Shown here: piece after piece, positions 16,999-25,649 of the stretch
Position numbering within the stretch: position 1 is the stretch's first letter
How the letters are laid out: every line of letters begins with the position of its first letter
Assembly (NCBI GenBank): GCA_943354605.1
Contig: CALRCK010000006.1
Coordinates: forward strand, 1-50,953
Source of the DNA: Candidatus Uhrbacteria bacterium
GTDB taxonomy: Bacteria; Patescibacteriota; Patescibacteriia; UBA9934
Direction: 5' to 3'
Length of the DNA: 50,953 nucleotides
Program-made: the position numbers and the translations under genes
Notes under the pieces: generated by a model
What the model was told of the DNA's origin: nothing
What the model saw: only the letters and a program-made list of their open reading frames with translations
Database searches by the model: none

Positions 16999-17244
16999 GT
17001 GTCAACATGGTTCGTATACATGCTCCGTTGCGGTGATGGGAGTCTCTATACGGGGATCGCGATTGATGTTGCAAAGAGAGTTGCGCTGCACAACGCCGGA
17101 AAAGGAGCGAAGTACACCAGGGCGAGATTGCCGGTGGCACTGGTGTGGAGTGCGGAGATGAAGAGTGCGACTGATGCGCGAAAGGCGGAAGTCGATCTGA
17201 AGCGATTGTCGAAGAAAGAAAAGGAGGAGTTGATCGCTTCGTAA
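16999..17244 (+). CDS. Small GIY-YIG nuclease (UPF0213/YhbQ-like)
   Basis: WFVYMLRCGDGSLYTGI...R...HN.GKGAKYTR.R.PV.LV; GTG start inferred. Confidence 0.9.
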   Translation: MSTWFVYMLRCGDGSLYTGIAIDVAKRVALHNAGKGAKYTRARLPVALVWSAEMKSATDARKAEVDLKRLSKKEKEELIAS

Positions 17245-17250
17245 ACGCGT

Positions 17251-17288
17251 CACGGCCCGGAGCTCCACGTGAGGAGTTCCGGGCCGTG
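17251..17288. terminator. Strong hairpin between convergent genes
   Basis: CACGGCCCGGAGCTCC-ACGTGA-GGAGTTCCGGGCCGTG (16-bp stem). Confidence 0.7.
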
Positions 17289-17316
17289 CGTATTCGGGGC
17301 GGTGCGAAGTTCTGGA

Positions 17317-17868
17317 CTACGCGGCCCGGCGCAACGCGATGTTGAAGAGCGCGGAGTAGTCCCGTTCGTGCATCACCCCAAGCCCAGCCCAGCGGAGGCT
17401 GACGGTGTGATGCTCGAATTGGCCCATCGCGCATCCGGCGCAGACCACGGTGCTCGCATTGTCCTTGGTGGTGGTAGCCAGGTGGCGCCACCGCTCGTGG
17501 CTCGCCGCCTGCGCCAGGGCGCTGGGGACAATCTCCACCGATGCGCCCGGAGCGATGCTGCATCCGCAGGTGATGCAGACAACACTGTGCTGCAGCTCGT
17601 CCTTCCGACGACACACGTCGCACCGGTGGATGCTGCGGCCGGTGAGGAAGCCGAGGAGGCCCAGGGGGCGTGCGCGGTGCGTGTTGCGGCCGGATTCCAT
17701 CATGGCCATGCTGTCGTGGATCATTGGCCCGCTCGGGCCGGCCAGCAGCGTGTGCCGCGTGGCGATGTCGTGGCCGCAGCGGCCGCGGGCCGTGCGAGCG
17801 ATGACGCTGTTTTTGATCTGCAGCGCCAGGCCAGGGGGTCGGGTGCAGATGAGGAGATGCAGGATCAC
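17317..17868 (-). CDS. Orphan Cys/His-rich, putative zinc-binding protein
   Basis: 183 aa with CDVC, CITC, CAGC; GGAG SD before GTG; near-consensus promoter upstream and hairpin downstream. Confidence 0.6.
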   Translation of the reverse strand: MILHLLICTRPPGLALQIKNSVIARTARGRCGHDIATRHTLLAGPSGPMIHDSMAMMESGRNTHRARPLGLLGFLTGRSIHRCDVCRRKDELQHSVVCITCGCSIAPGASVEIVPSALAQAASHERWRHLATTTKDNASTVVCAGCAMGQFEHHTVSLRWAGLGVMHERDYSALFNIALRRAA

Positions 17869-17912
17869 GGAAGCTCCGGGTCGAGAGTGTTTGGACGGTG
17901 GTGTCCGGCGCA

Positions 17913-17942
17913 GATATTAGCGAAATTCCGCAATTTCGTCAA
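17913..17942 (-). promoter_or_regulatory. sigma70 promoter with a palindromic spacer
   Basis: Minus strand TTGACG-17 nt-TAATAT; spacer contains CGAAATT-N4-AATTTCG (17921-17938). Confidence 0.7.
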
Positions 17943-17987
17943 CGATTCAATGGTGTGTTACGATCGTTGGGCACCGAAGGAGGTTGC

Positions 17988-18542
17988 ATGGATCTTTTTC
18001 CTGAGTGGGTGACGGTGGCAGACGTGGAACGCCGGTTCCTGGCCGATTGGCGGTGGTGGGCAACGCGGATCGGCATGGCCGCCTTTGGCGGGATGTTCGT
18101 GTTCTGCGCGGGATTTTTCGTGAACGAAGGTGTGTCGTCTGCTCTCGTCTCCGCGGCCTTCTCAACGCTGTTCCTGATTACGCTGATCTTCCGGAGGGAT
18201 TACCTCTTCTTCGGATGCACGTACAAGATTGGGGGTCGTTTCGACCTTGGGGAAGGGATGCAGTACTGGGTTGAACAGGAGGGCAAGCGGCCTGCGCACG
18301 AAGGATCGGTGGTTGTGCTTGTTCGTGTGGGGGGAATCTTCCGTCCGCGGCGATCCATCACGGTGAGTGATGGAAGCGACAAGGACGGCCCGTTCGGCCG
18401 GGGCATCGACTACGATGACGACGGCTTCGTGGTGTCGCGTCGGCGGTCTGGAACGGGACGCGCCAAGCACATCGAAGGATTGATGCGTATCCTGATCGAA
18501 GATACGCGGCCGCTACGCCGTGGTCCGTCGGCGATGACGTGA
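17988..18542 (+). CDS. Orphan membrane protein (2 TM helices plus soluble domain)
   Basis: AAGGAGG SD before ATG 17988; two hydrophobic helices. Confidence 0.6.
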   Translation: MDLFPEWVTVADVERRFLADWRWWATRIGMAAFGGMFVFCAGFFVNEGVSSALVSAAFSTLFLITLIFRRDYLFFGCTYKIGGRFDLGEGMQYWVEQEGKRPAHEGSVVVLVRVGGIFRPRRSITVSDGSDKDGPFGRGIDYDDDGFVVSRRRSGTGRAKHIEGLMRILIEDTRPLRRGPSAMT

Positions 18543-18658
18543 CCGATGACAACACGAGGGCGCTGGGGAACGAAATCCCTGGCGCCTTGTGGTTTGTGGA
18601 AAGAATTGTTGCGCGCCTGACAACGTGAGGTATTCTCAAGAAGTCACAGGGAGACATC

Positions 18659-19063
18659 ATGCCAAGCCCAAATGACGGAACGTGGCTTCACGTTATCCTC
18701 GTCAAGGTTCCCTTGGCGAGTGTAAAACTGCTTCAAGAGCAAGCGCGCAAGCCAGCGGAAGATCGTGTGGCTGTGAAAACCCGGACTATTTCGGCTCCGC
18801 GATTCAGCGGCCGCGACGTGAACGGCGCCTTCGGGGTACATCGGTTGTCGGTGCAACCACACGCGGATGCGGTAAATCTCAACTGGGTGCAGCCCATGCC
18901 ATACGGCAGGGGCCATGCCCGAACAAGTTCGGCGTTCGTGGGGAGGTGCACCATCCTCGAGTTCGGCGAATATCTCGTGCTCGCACAAGCGTTCAGGAGT
19001 GAAGTCGAAGCGCGGGCGTGGGCGGAGGAACGCCACCAGCTGCTGCTTCCGAGGGCAGCATGA
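18659..19063 (+). CDS. Orphan hypothetical protein
   Basis: GGGAG SD before the ATG; 134 aa; followed by a hairpin terminator. Confidence 0.55.
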   Translation: MPSPNDGTWLHVILVKVPLASVKLLQEQARKPAEDRVAVKTRTISAPRFSGRDVNGAFGVHRLSVQPHADAVNLNWVQPMPYGRGHARTSSAFVGRCTILEFGEYLVLAQAFRSEVEARAWAEERHQLLLPRAA

Positions 19064-19118
19064 AACGCAACGCGTGTCCGGGAACCTCGAACGGAGGCTT
19101 CCGGACACGGCGCGTTTT
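19063..19118 (+). terminator. Intrinsic terminator
   Basis: CGTGTCCGGGAACCTC-GAACG-GAGGCTTCCGGACACG then GCGCGTTTT. Confidence 0.7.
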
Positions 19119-19133
19119 GGGGAACAGCCTGAA

Positions 19134-19485
19134 CTGAGCCTTTGAGGGGTTGTGGCGGGAAGGGGGAGGTGAGCATTGGATGGAATGAGAGCGGCGGCGA
19201 TGGCATCGGCGAGAGTGTGGGTACTCGATTTCAAAACAGATGTTTTGCTAACGCAACTGAGTTGCATTTAGGAAACACTCCTTTTGTGTGGCGGATCCGA
19301 ATGGGACCTATACGACCAATAGGACCGATGTTGAAGCGTTATGGGAAAGCTTCTTCACTTTTCATCGATTTCCGGCTCAGATCGCGTTTTGTTGCCCAGT
19401 TCTAAAACCCCAAAATTCGAAGGTATCATTTTCTGTCGCAGTACCCCATGCTCCCAGGTTTCGTCCCACCTCTTCCAAGGCTCAG
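19134..19485 (+). repeat. Dispersed ~340-bp non-coding element, copy A (MITE-like or structured RNA)
   Basis: Termini CTGAGCCTTTGA...TCCAAGGCTCAG; conserved blocks shared with 33296-33630 (inverted) and 46532-46860. Confidence 0.85.
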
Positions 19486-19530
19486 GCCAGTTTCACGCCC
19501 GGCCCGATTTCCGCTACACTTCCATGCGCT

Positions 19531-21663
19531 ATGAAAGATTTTTTTCTCTCCCAGCAGCAGCCGTCGCCAAATCTTCATATTGACTATCAATCGGAGCTAA
19601 ACGACGAGCAATATCGGGTGGTTTCTGGTGGCGGTGGGCCGATGTTGGTGCTGGCCGGAGCAGGAAGCGGGAAGACGAGAACGATCACGTATCGCGTGGC
19701 ATGGTTACTCGAGCATGGCACGCCGGTGGAGAACATGTTGTTGCTCACGTTTACGAATAAAGCGGCGAAAGAAATGATGACGCGTGTTGAGGGATTGCTC
19801 CGCGCGTATCCAACCGGACTGTGGAGCGGAACCTTTCACTCCATTGCGAACCGCATGTTGCGGATGTACGGCGCGTACACCGGATTTGGAAGCGATTTTT
19901 CGATTTTGGACGAGGAGGATGCGAACGACTTGATGAAGATGTGCATCAAGGAGCTGAAGATCGACACGAAGGGACGACGATTTCCGAGCGTTGGGGTGTT
20001 GCGCGGATTGTTGTCCTATGCGAACAACGCACGTCGATCGTTGCAGTCGGTGCTGAACGATCGCGCAGAACACTTTGTAGGGATTCTTCACGAGGTGACT
20101 GCAGTTGCGGAGCGATACGCGTCGGCAAAGCGCATGGCGAAGGCGATGGATTTTGACGACCTCCTTCTTGAACTTTTGAAATTACTGCAGGAGAACGAGT
20201 CCGTTCGCGCGCAGCTTGCACATCGATTTCAGTTTATTCTCGTGGACGAGTTCCAGGATACAAATATTATTCAGTCCGACATCGTCGATTTGTTGTCGTC
20301 GGGTCACCGAAATCTGTTGGTGGTTGGGGACGACGCGCAGAGCATTTATTCCTTTCGTGCCGCAGAAATTCGGAACATCCTTGATTTTCAGAAACGGTAT
20401 TCGGACGCGCAGTCGTACCGACTCGTGATGAACTATCGCTCGACGCCAGAGATTCTCGCGGTGGCGAATGCCGTCATCGCAAACAACAGCGAGCAGTTCG
20501 CGAAGGAATTGGTATCGGCAAAGACTTCTGGCGAAAAGCCGAACATTGTTCCAGCGAATGATGCGCGGGAAGAGGCACAGTATGTCGTTGAACAGCTTTT
20601 GAAGCTGATCGACGAAGGAATCGAGCTCCAAGGAATCGCGGTGTTGTTTCGTGCAGCATTCCATTCGCAAGCGCTCGAATTTGAATTGATGAAGCGGGGG
20701 ATTGCATACGAATACCGCGGCGGCATGAAGTTTTTTGAGCGTGCGCATATTAAGGACGCTGTTGCGCACCTTCGATTGCTTCGCAACGGTCACGACCTTG
20801 TGGCCTGGGCTCGTGCGCTCCAAATTCAGCCAGGGCTTGGGATTACCACCAGCCAGAAGATTGCGGAAACCATGAGCCAGTACGATTCCGCCCGCGATGC
20901 CCTTGAAGCGCCAATGAAACTTTCTCCTCGCGCACAGTTAGGCTTTGCGGGAACGCGATCGATTCTTCGGATGATGCTTGCGGCACCACTGCCATCGGAA
21001 GCCGTGCGCGCGTTTGCGAATCATGAATCGTATCGGTTGTATCTTGAAGCAGAATATCCGAACGCTCGTGAGCGTGTTGAAGACTTGGATCAGCTTGCCG
21101 TGTTCGCAGAACAGTATCGCGATCTTGGTGCATTCTTGGACGCGATGACATTGGCTGGTGATTTTAGCGGAAGAATTGATGACGCCGATTCTGGTCAGCG
21201 TGAAGAAGGCGATCGAAACACATTAATCTTATCGACCATTCATCAGGCGAAAGGATTAGAATGGGACGCGGTGTTTGTACTGCATTGCGCACAAGGCATG
21301 TTCCCAAGCGACCGAAGCATGGGGCAATCGCGGGAAATTGAGGAAGAGCGACGACTGTTTTACGTTGCGGCAACACGTGCACGATCGAAACTGTACTTCA
21401 CCTACCCGCTGACGACGGGATACGAATCGGTGGAGCTTCGTCAGCAATCGATGTTCCTCGACGAGATTCCGTTCGGTATGGCGGAAACGGTTCGCCTCCG
21501 TCGTGCAATGCCAGCGTGGAGCATGTCATCGTCGTACAGCTCACCAACCGTCTCGCGTCACCACCAATCCGACGAGTTCGAAGAACCCACAATCGTTCTC
21601 GACGACATGGGGGAGAAAATGGTAAAAAAGAGTGCACCCGGATCGTTTCTTGGGGATCATTAA
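19531..21663 (+). CDS. pcrA: UvrD/PcrA SF1 DNA helicase
   Basis: LAGAGSGKT, TFTNKAA, VDEFQDTN, VGDDAQSIY.FR, NYRS, STIHQAKGLEW, EERRLFYVA.TRA. Confidence 0.93.
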   Translation: MKDFFLSQQQPSPNLHIDYQSELNDEQYRVVSGGGGPMLVLAGAGSGKTRTITYRVAWLLEHGTPVENMLLLTFTNKAAKEMMTRVEGLLRAYPTGLWSGTFHSIANRMLRMYGAYTGFGSDFSILDEEDANDLMKMCIKELKIDTKGRRFPSVGVLRGLLSYANNARRSLQSVLNDRAEHFVGILHEVTAVAERYASAKRMAKAMDFDDLLLELLKLLQENESVRAQLAHRFQFILVDEFQDTNIIQSDIVDLLSSGHRNLLVVGDDAQSIYSFRAAEIRNILDFQKRYSDAQSYRLVMNYRSTPEILAVANAVIANNSEQFAKELVSAKTSGEKPNIVPANDAREEAQYVVEQLLKLIDEGIELQGIAVLFRAAFHSQALEFELMKRGIAYEYRGGMKFFERAHIKDAVAHLRLLRNGHDLVAWARALQIQPGLGITTSQKIAETMSQYDSARDALEAPMKLSPRAQLGFAGTRSILRMMLAAPLPSEAVRAFANHESYRLYLEAEYPNARERVEDLDQLAVFAEQYRDLGAFLDAMTLAGDFSGRIDDADSGQREEGDRNTLILSTIHQAKGLEWDAVFVLHCAQGMFPSDRSMGQSREIEEERRLFYVAATRARSKLYFTYPLTTGYESVELRQQSMFLDEIPFGMAETVRLRRAMPAWSMSSSYSSPTVSRHHQSDEFEEPTIVLDDMGEKMVKKSAPGSFLGDH

Positions 21664-21681
21664 AGTCAGTACATTGTTCCA

Positions 21682-21721
21682 TTCAGTCATTCTGAGCGAA
21701 GCGAAGAATCTCTCGTAGGTT
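21682..21721. repeat. GTCAT-headed REP-like element
   Basis: TTCAGTCATTCTGAGCGAAGCGAAGAATCTCTCGTAGGTT; related copy at 23607-23665. Confidence 0.7.
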
Positions 21722-21848
21722 ATTGTTCCGTTCACTCATCAACGGGTCCTGTCACCGAGGACCCCGTTACGGTGCTCAGCTCGCACGTGAACGTATCCGG
21801 TAATCATCATCGACATTCTGTGCTCGTTGCGCTCCGTACGGGGGCCTC

Positions 21849-21882
21849 CCTCGGCGCCACCCGTTGAATCGCTCGCTACGCT
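21849..21882 (+). repeat. 34-bp intergenic repeat, copy 1
   Basis: CCTCGGCGCCACCCGTTGAATCGCTCGCTACGCT; 33/34 identical to 28418-28451. Confidence 0.8.
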
Positions 21883-21909
21883 CGGTCGGTTCATTATCTT
21901 CTCCAAACT

Positions 21910-23058
21910 ATGCCCAATCACGACTACGCGCAGCGTTCGATGGATGCACACAAGGTTCATGCGGGAAAGTGGGCCGTCACGAGCGTGATGCCGCTGGAGA
22001 CTGCGGACGATTTGAGTATTGCCTACACACCTGGTGTTGCTGCGCCGTGTTTGGCAATTGCGGCAGATCCATTGGCAGCGTATGACCTGACGATGAAGGG
22101 ACGCGCTGTTGCTGTTGTTTCCGATGGATCATCCGTACTCGGCCTTGGCAACATTGGTCCCATGGCAGGGTTGCCAGTCATGGAAGGCAAGGCGGTGTTG
22201 TATAAGAAGTACGCAAACATCGATGCCGTGCCCATTGTGCTCGCAAGTCAGAACGCCGACGAGATTGTGGAGGCGGTGCGCATGATTGCACCAACATTTG
22301 GTGGAATCCATTTGGAAGACATCGCGGCTCCTGCGTGTTTCGATATTGAACGCCGGTTAAGTGAGATGCTCGACATTCCGGTGATGCACGACGACCAGCA
22401 TGCAACGGCGATTGTTGCGCTTGCGGGTTTGATGAACGCGGCGAAGGTTGTTGGCCGACCGCTGGAATCGATGCATGTTGTGGTGAATGGCGCTGGTGCT
22501 GCGGGGGTCGCGATTACCCGATTGCTCATCGATGCCGGTGTTGCGAATGTGATTCTTGTCGATTCGAAGGGTGTCATCGGAAATCATCGAACAGATCTGA
22601 CGGGTGAGAAGGCGGTGTTGGTTTCGCTCACAAATACGGCCAACGTACAGGGCGGGCTTGCAGAAGCAATGCAAGGAGCCGATGTGTTTATTGGTGTGAG
22701 CAAGCCGAACCTTGTGTCCCAAGATATGGTGAAGTCTATGGCGCCAAGCCCCATCATCTTTGCACTCGCAAATCCTGTTCCAGAAATTGCGTACGACGAC
22801 GCAAAGGCCGCGGGTGCCGCGGTGATTGCGACCGGTCGAAGCGATTATCCAAACCAAATCAACAACGTCTTGGTGTATCCTGGCCTCTTCCGCGGATTGT
22901 TGAATCGTCGCGCAAGCAAGCTGACGAGCGTGATGAAGATTGCTGCGGCAACCGCGCTCGCTGGTATGGTCGCGGCACCAACCGCTGAAAACATTATTCC
23001 AAGGATTATCGAGATGAATCCAGCGGAGACTATCGCAAAGGCTATCGAAAGTGTATGA
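21910..23058 (+). CDS. NAD(P)-dependent malic enzyme
   Basis: AYTPGVA, VSDGSSVLGLGNIG, PVMEGKA, LEDIAAP, HDDQH, NGAGAAG, ATGRSDYPNQINN. Confidence 0.95.
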   Translation: MPNHDYAQRSMDAHKVHAGKWAVTSVMPLETADDLSIAYTPGVAAPCLAIAADPLAAYDLTMKGRAVAVVSDGSSVLGLGNIGPMAGLPVMEGKAVLYKKYANIDAVPIVLASQNADEIVEAVRMIAPTFGGIHLEDIAAPACFDIERRLSEMLDIPVMHDDQHATAIVALAGLMNAAKVVGRPLESMHVVVNGAGAAGVAITRLLIDAGVANVILVDSKGVIGNHRTDLTGEKAVLVSLTNTANVQGGLAEAMQGADVFIGVSKPNLVSQDMVKSMAPSPIIFALANPVPEIAYDDAKAAGAAVIATGRSDYPNQINNVLVYPGLFRGLLNRRASKLTSVMKIAAATALAGMVAAPTAENIIPRIIEMNPAETIAKAIESV

Positions 23059-23591
23059 GACAACAAAGCTTCAGACATCGCGGCGGGAAAGGCTCCAGCA
23101 TTGGGGGAGGAATTTTGTTGATTGTCGCCGTGGTGGTTGGAGTGTTTGTGGTGTATCAACTTATTTTGTGGTTCCGTTCGAGTAATGCAAAAGCTATTGC
23201 AGACGACGCAGCTACTGCGGCTGTCGAGACTGCGGACGCAAAGACAACGGCAATCGCGCAATTGAATAGCACCGCGGTGCTGAAGGTATCCGATGGATCC
23301 ACCGCGGGAACGGTGGTGCGATCCGGCACAAACGAAGCGCCGTCGTACAGCCTCGTTGCAAATCTTGTCGCACTTGCTCCTGATTCGATGTACGAGGCGT
23401 GGTTAGTGAAGGATGGGCTTGCCGATGTGAAGAGTGTTGGCGCGTTGAATCCGCGTGCCGATGGAAGCTGGGCAGCAACGTTCAGCACGAAAGACCCATT
23501 GGACTATCCAACCATCGTCATCATGCTCGAACCGAACGACGGAAACCCTGAACCATCAGGGAACCGCATGGCAGAAGGTCGGTTTGAGTGA
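23055..23591 (+). CDS. Membrane-anchored protein with RskA-like (anti-sigma C-terminal) domain
   Basis: Single TM helix; YEAWLV...SVG.L...IVIMLEP.DGNPEPSG pattern. Confidence 0.6.
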   Translation: MRQQSFRHRGGKGSSIGGGILLIVAVVVGVFVVYQLILWFRSSNAKAIADDAATAAVETADAKTTAIAQLNSTAVLKVSDGSTAGTVVRSGTNEAPSYSLVANLVALAPDSMYEAWLVKDGLADVKSVGALNPRADGSWAATFSTKDPLDYPTIVIMLEPNDGNPEPSGNRMAEGRFE

Positions 23592-23606
23592 GCCTCGACT
23601 TGTCGT

Positions 23607-23665
23607 TTCAGTCATGCTGAGCGAAGCGACTTGTGCCCCGGAGGGGTAAGCATCTCTCGTAGGTT
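23607..23665. repeat. GTCAT-headed REP-like element with internal insertion
   Basis: TTCAGTCATGCTGAGCGAAGCGA[CTTGTGCCCCGGAGGGGTA]AGCATCTCTCGTAGGTT. Confidence 0.65.
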
Positions 23666-23675
23666 AAAAATCATT

Positions 23676-24884
23676 ATGACCATTGGCGTTCTTGGAGCAG
23701 GATATGTAGGACTGGCAACAGCAGCAAGCTTTGCGGCGCGTGGTTTTGCGGTGGTGTGCGCCGATATCGACGAGAAGAAAATAGTGAAACTTCAGATTGG
23801 CGAACTTCCGTTTTTTGAAGAGGGAATGAAAGAGGTGTTTGCGGCTGCATCGACTCCGGCGATGTTTACGACCGATCTCCCGAAAGCCTGTGTATGCGAC
23901 ATCGTGTTTTGTTGTGTCGGCACTCCAAGCGCAGCAGACGGATCAGCGGACCTTTCCTTCGTGCGATCGGTAGCAAAGACGTGTGCCGACGCTGCGCCGA
24001 ATGCGGTGTTCGTTTTGAAATCGACCGTTCCACCGGGAACGTCGAGATCGATCTTGGAATTTGTTCAGGGGAACTTACGCGTTGCGGCAAATCCAGAATT
24101 TTTGCGGGAAGGCCACGCTGTACAGGATGCGTTGAATCCGTCGAGAGTGGTGATTGGCGCCGACGACGAATCGGTCAAATTGATCCTACTGGACCTCTAT
24201 ACCCCAACCGGTGCCCCAATTATTTCCACAAATACGGTTACTGCCGAAATGATTAAGTACGCATCAAACAGTTTTCTTGCAACGAAGATTAGTTTCATTA
24301 ACGACATCGCAAATCTTTGTGACGTGATTGGTGCCGACGTTCGATCGGTTGCGGCTGGCATGGGATTGGACGACAGAATCGGTGCAAAGTTCTTGCAGCC
24401 AGGGCCAGGGTACGGTGGAAGCTGTTTTCCAAAAGACGTCCGTGCGCTGATGCATTTAGGGCAATCGGTGAATGTGCCGTTGCGCATTCTTGAAGCAACG
24501 ACGGCGATCAATGCGGATCGTCAATCGTTGCCGTACCGAATGCTCATCGAATCTCTTGGTAGCCTTGAGCGCAAGCGCATCGTCGTGTGGGGCCTCGCAT
24601 TTAAGCCGGGAACCGACGATATTCGGGATGCTCCAGCGCTCAGTCTCCTTCGTCGATGTATGGCCGACGACGCAAGGCTTGTGGCGTACGATCCGCTGGT
24701 TCGATCGTTGCCGTCGGAATTTGCGGAGATTGAAATGGCTGGGAGCGCAATTGATGCACTCCAGAACGCCGACGCGCTCGTGATCATGACCGATTGGCCT
24801 GAATTTGTTGATTTCGATCGTGCGGAGATTTTGAAGGCAATGCGAGGGAATTGCGTGATTGATCCGCGATACGTGCTGCGATGA
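23676..24884 (+). CDS. ugd: UDP-glucose 6-dehydrogenase
   Basis: GAGYVG, CVGTP, KSTVPPG, NPEFLREG, GYGGSCFPKD, GLAFKPGTDDIR. Confidence 0.95.
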   Translation: MTIGVLGAGYVGLATAASFAARGFAVVCADIDEKKIVKLQIGELPFFEEGMKEVFAAASTPAMFTTDLPKACVCDIVFCCVGTPSAADGSADLSFVRSVAKTCADAAPNAVFVLKSTVPPGTSRSILEFVQGNLRVAANPEFLREGHAVQDALNPSRVVIGADDESVKLILLDLYTPTGAPIISTNTVTAEMIKYASNSFLATKISFINDIANLCDVIGADVRSVAAGMGLDDRIGAKFLQPGPGYGGSCFPKDVRALMHLGQSVNVPLRILEATTAINADRQSLPYRMLIESLGSLERKRIVVWGLAFKPGTDDIRDAPALSLLRRCMADDARLVAYDPLVRSLPSEFAEIEMAGSAIDALQNADALVIMTDWPEFVDFDRAEILKAMRGNCVIDPRYVLR

Positions 24885-24902
24885 GGTATACTTGGTGCGT
24901 CT

Positions 24903-25643
24903 ATGGCACTGCTTCGCAAGACACCGCCAAAATCTCCAGGAGACAAATGCCGCTTTCCATTGAACGACCAAGAACGTGCACTTTGCGAACAGCAGGGCAT
25001 GGTTCCGCATGCGTCGGAAATTACGTGGCGCGTGTTTCGGATTATGGCGGAGATTGTAGAGGGCTTTCAGTTGCTGACCAAAACAACGCGAGAAGTTTCG
25101 GTGTTCGGTTCTGCGCGATGTGCGCCGTCGAGTCATTGGTATAAAGAGTCGTATGCGTTAGGGAAACTTCTTGGCAAACATGGGTTCACCGTGGTGACTG
25201 GTGGTGGCCCAGGCATTATGGAGGCCGCGAATAAGGGAGCGTTCGAAGAGGGCGCGCAGTCAGTTGGGTTGAATATCGAGCTCCCGCACGAACAGCGGCT
25301 GAACCCGTACGTGACACTTTCTCATGGGTTTCACTACTTTTTTACGCGAAAGGTGATGTTGGCTGCGGCGGCGCAGGCATATGTGTTTTTTCCTGGTGGT
25401 TTTGGCACGATGGATGAGCTTTTTGAGCTGCTAACATTGGTCCAAACCGGAAAATCGAGCCGAATGCCTATTGTGCTTGTGGGGAAGGACCATTGGGCGC
25501 CCTTGATTGCTTGGCTGGAGGGGAGCGTGTACGGTACGCAGGACGCAATTGATCCCGGCGACTTGCGGATCATCACTGTGGTAGACTCCGCCAAGGAAGC
25601 GTTTGAGATTGTTTCAACATCACCTGAACGACATCTCTTCTAG
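24903..25643 (+). CDS. LOG-family protein (TIGR00730-like nucleotide phosphoribohydrolase)
   Basis: VFGSAR, TGGGPGIMEAAN.GA, FPGGFGTMDELFE. Confidence 0.92.
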   Translation: MALLRKTPPKSPGDKCRFPLNDQERALCEQQGMVPHASEITWRVFRIMAEIVEGFQLLTKTTREVSVFGSARCAPSSHWYKESYALGKLLGKHGFTVVTGGGPGIMEAANKGAFEEGAQSVGLNIELPHEQRLNPYVTLSHGFHYFFTRKVMLAAAAQAYVFFPGGFGTMDELFELLTLVQTGKSSRMPIVLVGKDHWAPLIAWLEGSVYGTQDAIDPGDLRIITVVDSAKEAFEIVSTSPERHLF

Positions 25644-25649
25644 ACGATT

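Noticed and set aside
17269-18012. 247-aa plus-strand ORF as the real gene of the GC-rich islet
   Set aside because: It starts inside a hairpin and crosses the promoter; the minus-strand ORF has promoter, SD and terminator support
19288-19530. N-terminal ORF extensions of pcrA (from 19288) and murF (from 46756), and small ORFs within the 340-bp element
   Set aside because: They run through the repeat in non-equivalent frames between copies; better starts follow -10 boxes at 19531 and 46903
8541-21663. Gabija (OLD plus UvrD)
   Set aside because: The UvrD is 9 kb away, full-length and host-like in composition, so it reads as housekeeping PcrA rather than GajB
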